IMG/VR virus record: IMGVR_UViG_3300045988_128358
Length of the DNA: 64,000 bases
DNA from: a virus
Reading direction: 5' to 3' (one strand)
The notes below the pieces were generated by a model. That model had not been told where the DNA came from. It ran no database searches and saw only the letters and a list, made by a program, of their open reading frames with translations. Shown here one piece after another: positions 40,864 to 50,318 of the stretch (position 1 is the stretch's first letter; every line of letters starts with the position of its first letter). A program made the translations under genes and the position numbers.

Positions 40864-42567
40864 TTATTTACGTAAATATGTGCTTGAAGCAAATCCTGTA
40901 TAAGTTACGTTCTTATATGTGAATTGGACATAGAGCCATTTACAACCATTGCTAACTGAGTAATATCCATAATTAGCTACTTTTGTTCCTTTTGGAATTG
41001 TAACCATAAGAGCTTTAGATGTACCTGCTCCATGGCGGATATTTAAATCAGCTGTTGTGCGATATGTACCTGCAAGAGATTTATTAAATCCAGTTGCGCC
41101 TTCTTTTGCAGTCATATTTTTACTACTGGATGGTTTTGGTTTAGTAGCTGTAGGAGCTTTCTTTTTAGCTACATATGAATAATAAGTTTTAGTAGAATTA
41201 GAAGTATAAGCATAGCCACATGAAGCACCTGGCCATACAATCTTATACCAACCATTAGATAAAATCTCTAATACTTCTACTTTAGTTCCTTTGGAAATGG
41301 TTCCATAAGAAGAACTATTTGTATTGGAATTACTTCTAATATTCATCTCAGTTTTTGCAGTTGCAGTACCAATTCCTTTTCCAACATAAGCAGTATTAGT
41401 TTTTGCTGGAACTGGGCTTGGTTGTGGTGAGTTAGAATTAGCTGCTAAACGTCCTCTTGTAACATTTGTTGCTGTATGATGAGCATCATTAAGTAAAACA
41501 TCTCCAGGAAGTAAATAATCATATCCAGAAAGATATTTATCTGCGGTTAAAACAGTAAATCCAGCAGCCTTGAAAGCAGCTCTCATATCGCCTGTATAAG
41601 TTGCACGAATATTTTGTAAAGCTGGAATACCAAGTAAATATCCTACTGCTCTAATATTAGCAATTACACCGGCAGAACAATCTGCTTCACATGCAATAGT
41701 AATTTGAGCAGGGTCATAATTAGATGCTTTTAAATGAGCCCAATAAGTATCTCTTTCATATTGGTCATAACCAACTAAATCATTAAGAGCTGCGGCACAG
41801 CTTAATTCAGCCATTTTTTGACCAACTCTTGGATCTTTTTCATATCTTAATACACAATTCCATGGTCTATTATACCAAGAGCGCAAATACCATTCTCTAC
41901 CAGTCTGGTCACCAGCTCTTCCGCTATGATATCCACCATTTTCATCTGAACCTGAATTAGAAATATAGTGAGTACCAGTAGAATTAATATATTTATTATA
42001 ATTTGCCACTATTGAGTTTCCTCCTTTATTAGATGCATATGCATCATAATACTTCTGACCATATTTAGCTCTTGTTGCTTTAACAGTTTCACCTGTATTA
42101 GCAGGACACTCAAAACGAGTTAAAACCATATCAGAAGCTTGTCTTACGCTTGTTGCATTTTTTAAAGTTGATAAAACTGTAGAATAATTATTTTTTAATT
42201 CAGTTATAAGCCATTGCAATTGAATTAATTCATTGCCAATAGAAGCTCGTTTCATTTTTGCTAAATCATATAATCCTGCTTTACGACCTGGACTTGTCCA
42301 TTGACAAAGCCCATATCCATATTGTTTATTAGGAAGTGGATGTAAAAAAGTCTCTCTTGAGATTTTTCCACTATCAACTGCCGAAGTATAAGTAGAATCA
42401 TTCCATACTTGTCCATGTTCTTTTAATCTGTTCAAGCATAAAACTTCTACTCTATTTGGAATCATACCAGATTCAGCATAGATATTACCCATTAATCCGG
42501 CAACACCATATGGATTATTAATTTCTTTAATTAGATAATCCCAAATATTTTTTTCAATTGAAGCCAT
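40864..42567 (-). CDS. endolysin / cell-wall hydrolase with C-terminal SH3-like binding repeats
   Basis: N-terminal GLMGNIYAESG...YGLCQWTSPGRK is a lysozyme/glucosaminidase-like signature. Two C-terminal repeats carry GWYKI/CKWLYVQF-type SH3b features. Confidence 0.75.
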   Translation of the reverse strand: MASIEKNIWDYLIKEINNPYGVAGLMGNIYAESGMIPNRVEVLCLNRLKEHGQVWNDSTYTSAVDSGKISRETFLHPLPNKQYGYGLCQWTSPGRKAGLYDLAKMKRASIGNELIQLQWLITELKNNYSTVLSTLKNATSVRQASDMVLTRFECPANTGETVKATRAKYGQKYYDAYASNKGGNSIVANYNKYINSTGTHYISNSGSDENGGYHSGRAGDQTGREWYLRSWYNRPWNCVLRYEKDPRVGQKMAELSCAAALNDLVGYDQYERDTYWAHLKASNYDPAQITIACEADCSAGVIANIRAVGYLLGIPALQNIRATYTGDMRAAFKAAGFTVLTADKYLSGYDYLLPGDVLLNDAHHTATNVTRGRLAANSNSPQPSPVPAKTNTAYVGKGIGTATAKTEMNIRSNSNTNSSSYGTISKGTKVEVLEILSNGWYKIVWPGASCGYAYTSNSTKTYYSYVAKKKAPTATKPKPSSSKNMTAKEGATGFNKSLAGTYRTTADLNIRHGAGTSKALMVTIPKGTKVANYGYYSVSNGCKWLYVQFTYKNVTYTGFASSTYLRK

Positions 42568-42619
42568 TTATATAAACCTCCTCTTCCAAAATATCTCCTT
42601 CAAAGGTTTTTCCATTATA

Positions 42620-42660
42620 AATAAAAAAACCAGAAGAGATATTAATCTCTTCTGGTTTAT
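42620..42660 (-). terminator. intrinsic terminator after phoH
   Basis: aaaccagaagagatattaatctcttctggttt hairpin, followed on the minus strand by TTTTTTT. Confidence 0.55.
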
Positions 42661-42661
42661 A

Positions 42662-43909
42662 TTATAATCTTTCTGCAATTTTAGCAATTTTAGAACGATG
42701 AATCATTTTTAATTCAATTTCACCATATATATCTTCGCCTCGATAGACTTTTGATACCCGTCTCATACCATTATTATTTCCAGCAAATGCGATGTCATCA
42801 ACTTGTGCTTTTTCATCTCCATCTATAATACATATACTATCTTCACCAATTCTTTGTAAAGCAAGTTTCATAAGTGTAATATCAAGATTTTGAGCTTCTG
42901 AAATATATATCCCAGCATTCATTCCAGTAGTGTCATAACCTCTAATATCAGAAAATGGAAGTAAAACAATTTGTTCTTCATCCATTAATCTTTCTAATTC
43001 GATTCTACTTCCTATTTTACTTGCAAGGACATTTCCGATTTGTGAATCTAAAAGTTTTTCATCTTTAGTACCTGGTAAATATCCTAATTTAGCAGAATTT
43101 TTTGTAGCAACTGTATTACAGAAAATAATAATTTTATCAATCTTGCCACGTTCTAATTGACTCATTAAATATCCAAGAGATAGATATGTTTTACCTGAGC
43201 CCGCAGGTCCTTTTACCAGAGTTATCTTATTATTTGTAAAACTATCTGCGACAAGTGTTTGATAAATATCTCCTTTAAGAGGTTTAACTTCACCAAACCA
43301 TTTAGAATTAAAACTTCTAAACTGAGTATGGCGATATTCAGAACCTGTCCATACGGCTGAATCAACGATTTGTCCATCTTTATTTTTTACAATAATATAT
43401 TCGTTTACTTTTAAGTCATAAGTATTTTCAGTAGGATTAGAATAAAAATTAGACATCATTTCATCATCCATTATAATTTCTTTATATCCGCTGTAATCAT
43501 CTTTTGGAGGGTACATAGATATAATACATTGCACTGGTAAAAATGCGGCAGCAGTAACTTTTAAAGTTAAATCATTCGTTACAAAGAAAAAGTCTTCTCT
43601 CTCACTTATTTTTAAATTATTAAAATAAGAATATGCAGTTGCTAAGATTTTGATATCATTATTTATTTCAAATCCTTTTTCAGTAAAAGGATAAGTAAAA
43701 AATGTTTTATACAATACAACTTCATATTTTGCGGGATTTGCATTTAAAAAAGATAAGATTTTTCTTGCGATATATTTAACTTCAGAATCTTTAGAAGTTG
43801 ATGTTTTAATCTTTTCAAGTTCCGCTAATGTAATAGAAGATATGATGAACTTCTCTTCTGGCATAGCTTCAAAGTTGTCCAATAATGCACATGTGTCATA
43901 AAATTTCAT
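42662..43909 (-). CDS. phoH: PhoH-like ATPase with N-terminal PIN domain
   Basis: N-terminal PIN domain. Walker A GPAGSGKTYLSLG. The conserved PhoH C-terminal region is present. Confidence 0.8.
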   Translation of the reverse strand: MKFYDTCALLDNFEAMPEEKFIISSITLAELEKIKTSTSKDSEVKYIARKILSFLNANPAKYEVVLYKTFFTYPFTEKGFEINNDIKILATAYSYFNNLKISEREDFFFVTNDLTLKVTAAAFLPVQCIISMYPPKDDYSGYKEIIMDDEMMSNFYSNPTENTYDLKVNEYIIVKNKDGQIVDSAVWTGSEYRHTQFRSFNSKWFGEVKPLKGDIYQTLVADSFTNNKITLVKGPAGSGKTYLSLGYLMSQLERGKIDKIIIFCNTVATKNSAKLGYLPGTKDEKLLDSQIGNVLASKIGSRIELERLMDEEQIVLLPFSDIRGYDTTGMNAGIYISEAQNLDITLMKLALQRIGEDSICIIDGDEKAQVDDIAFAGNNNGMRRVSKVYRGEDIYGEIELKMIHRSKIAKIAERL

Positions 43910-44154
43910 TCGTCTTCCTCTTCTTCCTCTGGTTCATTATTTTGTACTACAAACCCAATGGCATGTGTATTTTCTGGCTCAAGTTCTTCTGCCATCTTTT
44001 GGATTCGTATATTATAATTAGAAATTATCATGTTTAGTTTGCCTTTAGCAACTTCTAAAGCAGTGACAATTACTATTGTTAGAGCCTCTATTACAGGAAT
44101 TATTAATTCAATAAAAATTATTCCTAAAATAAAAAATATTAAGTTTTGAATCAT
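43906..44154 (-). CDS. hypothetical small membrane protein
   Basis: Hydrophobic N-terminus IFFILGIIFIELIIPVIEALTIVIV and an acidic tail. Confidence 0.4.
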   Translation of the reverse strand: MIQNLIFFILGIIFIELIIPVIEALTIVIVTALEVAKGKLNMIISNYNIRIQKMAEELEPENTHAIGFVVQNNEPEEEEEDE

Positions 44155-44200
44155 TTGTTCCTCCTTTTTAACTCCTTATATATATTTGAAAATAGAGAGA

Positions 44201-44659
44201 TTAAATTGAAGGTTTTTGTCCTACATTGTCTTTCTTTGTTCTATTGGCTCTAATTCTTTGATAAAACTTATCTTTTTCAGAGATGTACTGTTTAAGTTTT
44301 TTCTTAGTATTAGCTAATAAATAACGAATTGTATCTAAGTCAGATTCTACTTGATAGAAGTTTCTTAATAAAGCTCTATTTTCGTAAGATTTTGGATTAA
44401 ATCGTTTACTATATTTCATTTCATCTAATACTTTTTTCAATGCTTTTAAAGCTGGTTTTAATTCATTGTCACGAATATGAGTATAATATTTAATCTCTGC
44501 TCTCCACAAAGCAATCTGATAACCAGTCTTTTCGTTAGCCATATCTATATCATCTGGATGTGCGCTAGCAATACCTGTAAATATATTATTTCCATCTGCC
44601 AAAATGCAAGTTGCAGTTTTAGTAGTATCATCCCAGTAGAACTTAGGTTGTTGTTTCAT
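44201..44659 (-). CDS. hypothetical protein
   Basis: 152 aa with its own promoter at 44679..44707. Confidence 0.5.
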   Translation of the reverse strand: MKQQPKFYWDDTTKTATCILADGNNIFTGIASAHPDDIDMANEKTGYQIALWRAEIKYYTHIRDNELKPALKALKKVLDEMKYSKRFNPKSYENRALLRNFYQVESDLDTIRYLLANTKKKLKQYISEKDKFYQRIRANRTKKDNVGQKPSI

Positions 44660-44678
44660 ATAAAGTCCTCCTTATATT

Positions 44679-44707
44679 ATATAAAAATATTATATCACAA
44701 AAATAAG
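44679..44707 (-). promoter_or_regulatory. sigma70-like promoter TTGATT-N17-TATAAT
   Basis: -35 at 44702..44707 and -10 at 44679..44684. Confidence 0.55.
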
Positions 44708-44808
44708 GGAAAATCAAAAAGGGGACATTTTGCTAAAAAAAATTGGTGGGTGCGATTTTTAAGCGGCAACGGTCGCTGAGGGCGCCTACGAGCCCGAATT
44801 TTCTGGCA

Positions 44809-44840
44809 CAAAAAAAAATAGAGTCTTAAAAGACTCTATT
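44809..44840 (-). terminator. intrinsic terminator (bidirectional hairpin)
   Basis: atagagtctt-aaa-agactctat hairpin flanked by an A9 run on the plus strand, which is a T9 run on the minus strand. Confidence 0.6.
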
Positions 44841-44848
44841 TTATCTTA

Positions 44849-45226
44849 TTACATAAATTCTCGTTTGGGATTCCACTTTCCAAACTCATCCCAGCCCGCA
44901 AACCAATATCCTAAATTCTCTTCAGTATAAGGTTTAAAAGGACATCCAAATCTTCCAAACACTTCATTATTCTCATTTGGTTCTCTAATAAACTTAGAGT
45001 TTAAAATACAAGGACAGTTTTTCTCAACCCATTCTTTTGGAGCTGTAACGCAATAATTTAATGACATATCAATTATTGTTTCAACTACAATAATTTTATT
45101 TTCTATCAGCCAAGGTTCTTTTCTAAAAGTTAAATTGTCAACATCTAACCAAGTATCAAATGGTTCACAATCTGGACAATCTTTTCCTGGACTCCAATCA
45201 TTAACTTCAAAATAAATAATTTCCAT
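44849..45226 (-). CDS. hypothetical Cys-containing protein
   Basis: 125 aa with CPDCEP...CPC. Confidence 0.45.
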   Translation of the reverse strand: MEIIYFEVNDWSPGKDCPDCEPFDTWLDVDNLTFRKEPWLIENKIIVVETIIDMSLNYCVTAPKEWVEKNCPCILNSKFIREPNENNEVFGRFGCPFKPYTEENLGYWFAGWDEFGKWNPKREFM

Positions 45227-45279
45227 ACTTAATTCCTTCTTATAAAAAAAAGAGGGGCTTTTAAGCCCCTCCCAGTTAA

Positions 45280-46812
45280 TTACTCTTCAGTCGGAGCAAC
45301 AACTGTATCAGCGTTAATAGTTACACCTTTGTTTGCGGCTAAGTTACCACCCATGAAACCAGCCAGAAGAGTCTTCAGGTCGATTCCAAGAGATTCGCTC
45401 AGTCCTTCAGATACCTGAGTTACATTGGTCATGATGTCGCCGGCAAGCTTAGAGGTGTCTCCACCAAACATCATAATCTTATCAACATTTGTGTATCCTT
45501 TACCAACAGCTTCAGCGATTGCCGGTAACTGCTCAAAGTATACTTTAAGTGCCTGTAACTGCATATCCTGCTTAGCAGCTTCACCATACTGTTTCATAGC
45601 TTCTGCCTTCTTCTGAAGACCTTCAGCCTCAGCTTCAAGTTTAGCTCTAATAGCGGCAGCTTCTGCTTCACCTTTTGCCTGGGCTGCAGCTGCATCAGCT
45701 TCGCCCTGTGCTTTTACGGCTTCTGCAAGAGCTTTCTTAGCATCTGCATCTCTCTGTGCTTCTGCAAGAGCAGCCTCTGCCTGTTTTGTTCTTTCGAACA
45801 GCTCAGCCTCAGATTTCTTCTGAGTCTCATACAGTTTAGCATCTGCTCTCTGCTGTACTGCATACTTCTCAGCTTCAGCAGTTTTCTTAACTTCAGCTTC
45901 CAGAGCACGCTCTTTAATAGCAACTTCTCTTTCTTTCAGTTCAATCTGCTTTTCCTGACGAGCAATATCTGCTTCAGTAGCAGCAACGTCTCTTAACTGA
46001 CGCTGTTTCTCTTCCTCAATTGCCTGTGCCGCATTAGCCTGAGCCTTTGCAGTATCAGCAGTCTTTTTGAGGTCTGCCTGCTTCATTTCGAACTCGTTGT
46101 TACGAACTGCGATTTCCTCAGCTGCCTGAACTTTAGCATCATTAGACTTCTTTGCGTTAGCTGCTTCAGCAACAGCGATTTCTCTCTGTGCATCAGATTT
46201 AGCGATTGCTGCATTCTTTCTAATCTGCTCAACGTTATCAATACCTAAGTTATCAATAACGCCACCCTCATCAGAAAAGTTCTGAACATTAAAGGAAACA
46301 AGCTCAAGTCCGAATCTCGCAAGGTCAGGAACTACATTCTGCTGAACTTTTTCACTAAACGCTTTTCTATCAGATACCATCTCAGTCAGTTTCATCTGAC
46401 CAACGATTTCACGAATATTACCTTCCAGGAGGTCATTAACTCTTTCTGCAATTACTTCACGTTTAACATTCAAGAAGTTCTGAGCCGCAAGTGCAATCAT
46501 TTCATCAGTTCTTCCAACCTGTACAGAAACAGTAGAATCAACTTTTACGTTAATGTACTCTGCTGTTGGAACGGCGGTACGAGTTTTTACATCAATCTGA
46601 ATCGCACCAAGAGACAACTTATCAAGTTTCTCAAAGAATGGAATCTTAATACCAGATTTGCCAATCAAGATTCGAGGTTTCTTGTGCGGACCAGAGATGA
46701 TGTAAGCCACATCCGGTGAGGACTTTACATATCCTGTTGCAAGGACCGCAATCAATACCACTGCAATAACAATTACAGGGATAAATGGAAGAATTGAACT
46801 TAAAATATTCAT
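45280..46812 (-). CDS. flotillin / SPFH (band 7) domain membrane protein
   Basis: N-terminal TM, an SPFH-like region, a long Ala/Glu/Lys/Gln coiled coil (AEAEKYAVQQRADAKL...), and a flotillin-type C-terminus. The local GC is visibly higher than in its neighbours. Confidence 0.75.
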   Translation of the reverse strand: MNILSSILPFIPVIVIAVVLIAVLATGYVKSSPDVAYIISGPHKKPRILIGKSGIKIPFFEKLDKLSLGAIQIDVKTRTAVPTAEYINVKVDSTVSVQVGRTDEMIALAAQNFLNVKREVIAERVNDLLEGNIREIVGQMKLTEMVSDRKAFSEKVQQNVVPDLARFGLELVSFNVQNFSDEGGVIDNLGIDNVEQIRKNAAIAKSDAQREIAVAEAANAKKSNDAKVQAAEEIAVRNNEFEMKQADLKKTADTAKAQANAAQAIEEEKQRQLRDVAATEADIARQEKQIELKEREVAIKERALEAEVKKTAEAEKYAVQQRADAKLYETQKKSEAELFERTKQAEAALAEAQRDADAKKALAEAVKAQGEADAAAAQAKGEAEAAAIRAKLEAEAEGLQKKAEAMKQYGEAAKQDMQLQALKVYFEQLPAIAEAVGKGYTNVDKIMMFGGDTSKLAGDIMTNVTQVSEGLSESLGIDLKTLLAGFMGGNLAANKGVTINADTVVAPTEE

Positions 46813-46860
46813 GTACTTAACTCCTTTTTCTCTTATAATAATTTATTTAATTTTCAAGGT

Positions 46861-47130
46861 TCAACAATGATACTCATATTTCACTAGCCAATATTCTTTG
46901 CCATCTTCTTTATAAAGAACAGCATGGTCATCATATGACGTTGTTACCAAACTTTTAAGTTTTTGAACAGCTTCATTTTTATTTCTATAAACTGCATTTT
47001 TATGAAAAGTTAAATTTCCATGATACCCACTTGATTCTTGCGGGTCATAAGCAAAACTGTTTAAATCTCGTAAAATTTGGGATTCTTTTATAGAGCTGTC
47101 ATAGCTCTTATACCCAATTAAATGGCTCAT
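46861..47130 (-). CDS. hypothetical protein
   Basis: 89-aa ORF. Confidence 0.4.
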   Translation of the reverse strand: MSHLIGYKSYDSSIKESQILRDLNSFAYDPQESSGYHGNLTFHKNAVYRNKNEAVQKLKSLVTTSYDDHAVLYKEDGKEYWLVKYEYHC

Positions 47131-47678
47131 AGCATATCTTTACACTCCTCATATTTATTTTTTATATCTTCAATAACTGTATCAAGTGAAACTGGATAAC
47201 AGTTATGAGAATCAATTCCTACATGATACATGAAAAAGTTATCTTCATAAAAATTATCTTTTTGATGTGTATGACCAAATAAATTTAAGGTCATATGATG
47301 CAATCCTGAATCATCAACATTACCAGTTAATGTTGGATAATGACTCATATAGAAATTATATTTCCTATATTTTAAAACTGTCGAATATCCAAGACATTCA
47401 AGACCATTTTCTTTATAAAGATTAACTCTTGTATTTGTATCATGGTTTCCAATAATAAAATACTTTTTACCATTCAGCCGTTTTAAACATTCAAGTCCGT
47501 GTTCATTATCTTTCAGCATTAAATCGCCTAAGATATACACTTCATCTTCTGGCTGCACCAGCTCATTCCATCTTCTAATAATTTCTTCATCATGGTCAAC
47601 AATATTCGGAAAACCTCTTGGTTCGTAGATAAAACCTTTATCATGACGAAAATGAAGGTCTGAAGTAACATAAATCAT
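47127..47678 (-). CDS. calcineurin-like metallophosphoesterase
   Basis: Phosphoesterase motifs DLHF.H, GDLM, GNHD. The stop overlaps the upstream kinase gene. Confidence 0.75.
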   Translation of the reverse strand: MIYVTSDLHFRHDKGFIYEPRGFPNIVDHDEEIIRRWNELVQPEDEVYILGDLMLKDNEHGLECLKRLNGKKYFIIGNHDTNTRVNLYKENGLECLGYSTVLKYRKYNFYMSHYPTLTGNVDDSGLHHMTLNLFGHTHQKDNFYEDNFFMYHVGIDSHNCYPVSLDTVIEDIKNKYEECKDML

Positions 47679-48193
47679 TCTACATACTCCTTATCAGCAT
47701 CTCCTACAATCAAAATATGTTTGTAGGTATATTTTTCATTGTAAGTTGGTTTATCAAAAGTATAAAACATTCTTCTGATTGTTCCTCTTGGAACATATGC
47801 ACGTCCCATTCCTTTTCGATTCTCATTCTGAGCAAGAATCTGAGCAAGTGGTAAATTAAATACAACTGGAATAATATCTACTCCATCCAAATCAAGTCTA
47901 TCAAGAACTCGATTTCTCGCTTTCTCACTCAGATGAGTTGCGTCTGCGAAAACTGCAATATCATCAGTTGCTTCATTTAAAGCATTTTTAATTCTATTAC
48001 AGAACTCATCAAAGACATCATCTTCATATTTGAAGATGTTTTTATCATCTTCGTTTAAAAACTCAGCTCTTACTTCATCTCTTGACACATGTACACACTT
48101 GTAAGTTGTTGCCTGTGCCATTTCCTTCTTGACGTAAGTCGTCTTCCCTGATCCCGCAGGACCGCACATAAGAAAGAGAATCTTGTGCTTCAT
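47675..48193 (-). CDS. P-loop polynucleotide-kinase-like kinase
   Basis: ILFLMCGPAGSGKTTYV is an AAA_33/PNK-type Walker A. Start set at MKHKILF. The full ORF runs to 48259. Confidence 0.6.
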   Translation of the reverse strand: MKHKILFLMCGPAGSGKTTYVKKEMAQATTYKCVHVSRDEVRAEFLNEDDKNIFKYEDDVFDEFCNRIKNALNEATDDIAVFADATHLSEKARNRVLDRLDLDGVDIIPVVFNLPLAQILAQNENRKGMGRAYVPRGTIRRMFYTFDKPTYNEKYTYKHILIVGDADKEYVE

Positions 48194-48425
48194 CTTTATA
48201 CACCCCATTTTCAAAATTTTCTTTAAACTCAAGAACATCTTCATATGATTTACATTCAATATGATTTACTTCTTGTTTGCAGAATACACAGTACATTTTC
48301 TTTCTATGAAATCTACCATGCTGATAACTATTACGACGTGGTAAACTCATATTCTTATGACCGCAATTCATACAATAAAAATCATTGATTATCATTTTTC
48401 CATTTCTTCGTCCCATTAGTATCAA
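48075..48425 (-). CDS. zinc-ribbon protein (extent uncertain; overlaps kinase ORF)
   Basis: CMNCGH...CVFCKQ. It is preceded by the promoter at 48454..48482 and overlaps the kinase frame for about 118 nt. Confidence 0.35.
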   Translation of the reverse strand: MILMGRRNGKMIINDFYCMNCGHKNMSLPRRNSYQHGRFHRKKMYCVFCKQEVNHIECKSYEDVLEFKENFENGVYKDEAQDSLSYVRSCGIREDDLRQEGNGTGNNLQVCTCVKR

Positions 48426-48453
48426 TTCCTTTTAATTATTTATTACATATATA

Positions 48454-48482
48454 TTATATAATATTTTTTATAAATTATCAAT
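48454..48482 (-). promoter_or_regulatory. sigma70-like promoter TTGATA-N17-TATAAT
   Basis: -35 at 48477..48482 and -10 at 48454..48459. Confidence 0.55.
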
Positions 48483-48502
48483 TAAGATAATTTATTGAGT
48501 AT

Positions 48503-48528
48503 TGGAAAGGATTTTTAAAAATCCTTTC
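48503..48528. repeat. perfect inverted repeat hairpin between two tandem promoter copies
   Basis: ggaaaggatttttaaaaatcctttcc. Confidence 0.5.
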
Positions 48529-48546
48529 CTTAACTTTCTATATATA

Positions 48547-48575
48547 TTATATAATATTTTTTATAAAATATCAAT
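48547..48575 (-). promoter_or_regulatory. sigma70-like promoter TTGATA-N17-TATAAT (second tandem copy)
   Basis: -35 at 48570..48575 and -10 at 48547..48552. It has the same about 40-nt block as at 48448..48485. Confidence 0.5.
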
Positions 48576-48799
48576 TAAATATCAATTTCTGCATCTAACA
48601 TAAAATTTTCAGCCTTAATTTTTTCCCAAGCCTCTTCTCTCTTCTTTTTTCGATGGAAGATAGATTTAACTTTCATAACTTCTGATATTGCTTCTGCACT
48701 GACCATAGCAGTAAGCATTGACCATTGCCCATCACAAGCTCGTCTATTAGCCCATTCAGAGAATTCATCAAATGTAACATCTTTCATTTCTTTCTTCAT
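48575..48799 (-). CDS. hypothetical protein
   Basis: 74-aa ORF. Confidence 0.4.
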   Translation of the reverse strand: MKKEMKDVTFDEFSEWANRRACDGQWSMLTAMVSAEAISEVMKVKSIFHRKKKREEAWEKIKAENFMLDAEIDI

Positions 48800-48801
48800 T
48801 C

Positions 48802-49980
48802 TTATCTCCTTTGTGTAATTCCAAAAGGACTATCACTATAATAGTCTCCTTCAATTTGCGGAGCATACTCATTACAATGAGTAATAATTATCTTTTTAGA
48901 AAATCTTGTATCAAGTTTGACTTTTTCAAAATCATTGTCGATTCGAGTAATTACATCACTCTTTTTCATTACACCATATCTTAATCCGCCCTGGAAATCA
49001 TTGTGTACATTTGTTTTATCAAACATCTCTGTATTGATTTCTTTTTTCTGAGCTTCCTGTTCAATAGGACCAATTCCATGTCTAGTCACATATGAACGTG
49101 TTACATAACAAGCATCAACTGAAATATCTTTTTTATCTGCTAAAATCTCAAAAGGATATGTTACTCCTGTGCGGGAGGTTGTATGCCAGATATCATCATA
49201 ATAAAAATCAAGTCCTAATCCTTGACCATTCTCAAAGATAAAACTATCAAACTTATTATAAAGACTATCAAAAGTGATAATTTCATTTCTCTCAAGGAAA
49301 AATAATATATCACTTCTAAAATTACAAATTAAAGATTGTCTACCAATAGAATGTTTATCAAAATATTCTCTATAAGTAGTAATTTTATCAAGCTGCACTC
49401 CACGTTTAAAAAGGATTACAAGGCAATCTCTCCAAATTTCTTCCATATGAAAAAGATACTCTTCTTCGGTCCAGCTTGCAAAATCAGCAATCGTAAAATG
49501 AGTTTTCATCGTAGGGTCGCCATATCTGTCCTCAATAGCACACCAAGAGCCAAAACCGCAAGAACCATATTCTCTTTCGCCATTCTGTTCGGCAATCCAA
49601 TTTTCTGTAACATGGTCAATCATCATATCAAAAGGAGTAATTACTTTTGCTTCTGGATCAACATATCCTTTTAAATTCAAAGGAAATAAATGCTGTTCTA
49701 ATAACTCATAATATTCCTTTGTATAAGTCATAGGGTGAACAAAGAAAGTTTTCGCAAAAAAAGTTGGGACTCCTTTTGCGGTTCCGCTTCCAAAATGATG
49801 ATATACATGCCGCAATTTTGCTGTATAATCAACTGTATGACCACGCTGAGCCGTTCCGTTATGAAAGATTACTACTGGTTTTAAGCCTCGGTTAAGAGCG
49901 TCCTCACAGAAATGATTTGTTACAAGACCTTTTCCTTCATCTCCAAAATTTGCTCCAATAACAATTTTACTTTCTTTCAT
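48802..49980 (-). CDS. adenylosuccinate synthetase homolog (PurA/PurZ-like)
   Basis: N-terminal VIGANFGDEGKGLVTNHF (PurA has GxQWGDEGKGKIVD) and HNGTAQRGHTV (PurA has GGHNAGHT). 392 aa, shorter than bacterial PurA, and the P-loop is GDEGKGL rather than GDEGKGK. Confidence 0.7.
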   Translation of the reverse strand: MKESKIVIGANFGDEGKGLVTNHFCEDALNRGLKPVVIFHNGTAQRGHTVDYTAKLRHVYHHFGSGTAKGVPTFFAKTFFVHPMTYTKEYYELLEQHLFPLNLKGYVDPEAKVITPFDMMIDHVTENWIAEQNGEREYGSCGFGSWCAIEDRYGDPTMKTHFTIADFASWTEEEYLFHMEEIWRDCLVILFKRGVQLDKITTYREYFDKHSIGRQSLICNFRSDILFFLERNEIITFDSLYNKFDSFIFENGQGLGLDFYYDDIWHTTSRTGVTYPFEILADKKDISVDACYVTRSYVTRHGIGPIEQEAQKKEINTEMFDKTNVHNDFQGGLRYGVMKKSDVITRIDNDFEKVKLDTRFSKKIIITHCNEYAPQIEGDYYSDSPFGITQRR

Positions 49981-49981
49981 C

Positions 49982-50284
49982 TCAATCTAACCTTTCATCA
50001 CAGTATTTATCTACAAAAGTTTCAAAACCCATTCTTGCACAGATTTCGTCAAGTTCATCAGTTGTCTTTTCAATGGAATCTTTAATTGAATAAATAATCC
50101 AATTATACTCCTGCTCGACTTCTTCATCCTCATCGGTTAATCCATAAGACTCAGCGACATTAAAAGCCATTTCATAACCATATTCATCAGCTTCTTTAAT
50201 ATCACTTACATCTACAACTTGGCAATTATAAACTCCATGCAATCCTTGATAAGTGCCTTCAGTTGCATAAATATAAACTCTCAT
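49982..50284 (-). CDS. hypothetical acidic protein
   Basis: 100 aa. Promoter and terminator cassette lie upstream. Confidence 0.4.
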   Translation of the reverse strand: MRVYIYATEGTYQGLHGVYNCQVVDVSDIKEADEYGYEMAFNVAESYGLTDEDEEVEQEYNWIIYSIKDSIEKTTDELDEICARMGFETFVDKYCDERLD

Positions 50285-50318
50285 AAAAAATCAATTCCTT
50301 TCTTAACTTTCTATATAT

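Noticed and set aside
44736-44805. Possible tRNA on the minus strand (sequence ends ...CACCCACCA)
   Set aside because: No complementary 5' acceptor strand was found, and there is no T-loop (GTTCRA) or D-loop consensus. A cloverleaf could not be drawn.
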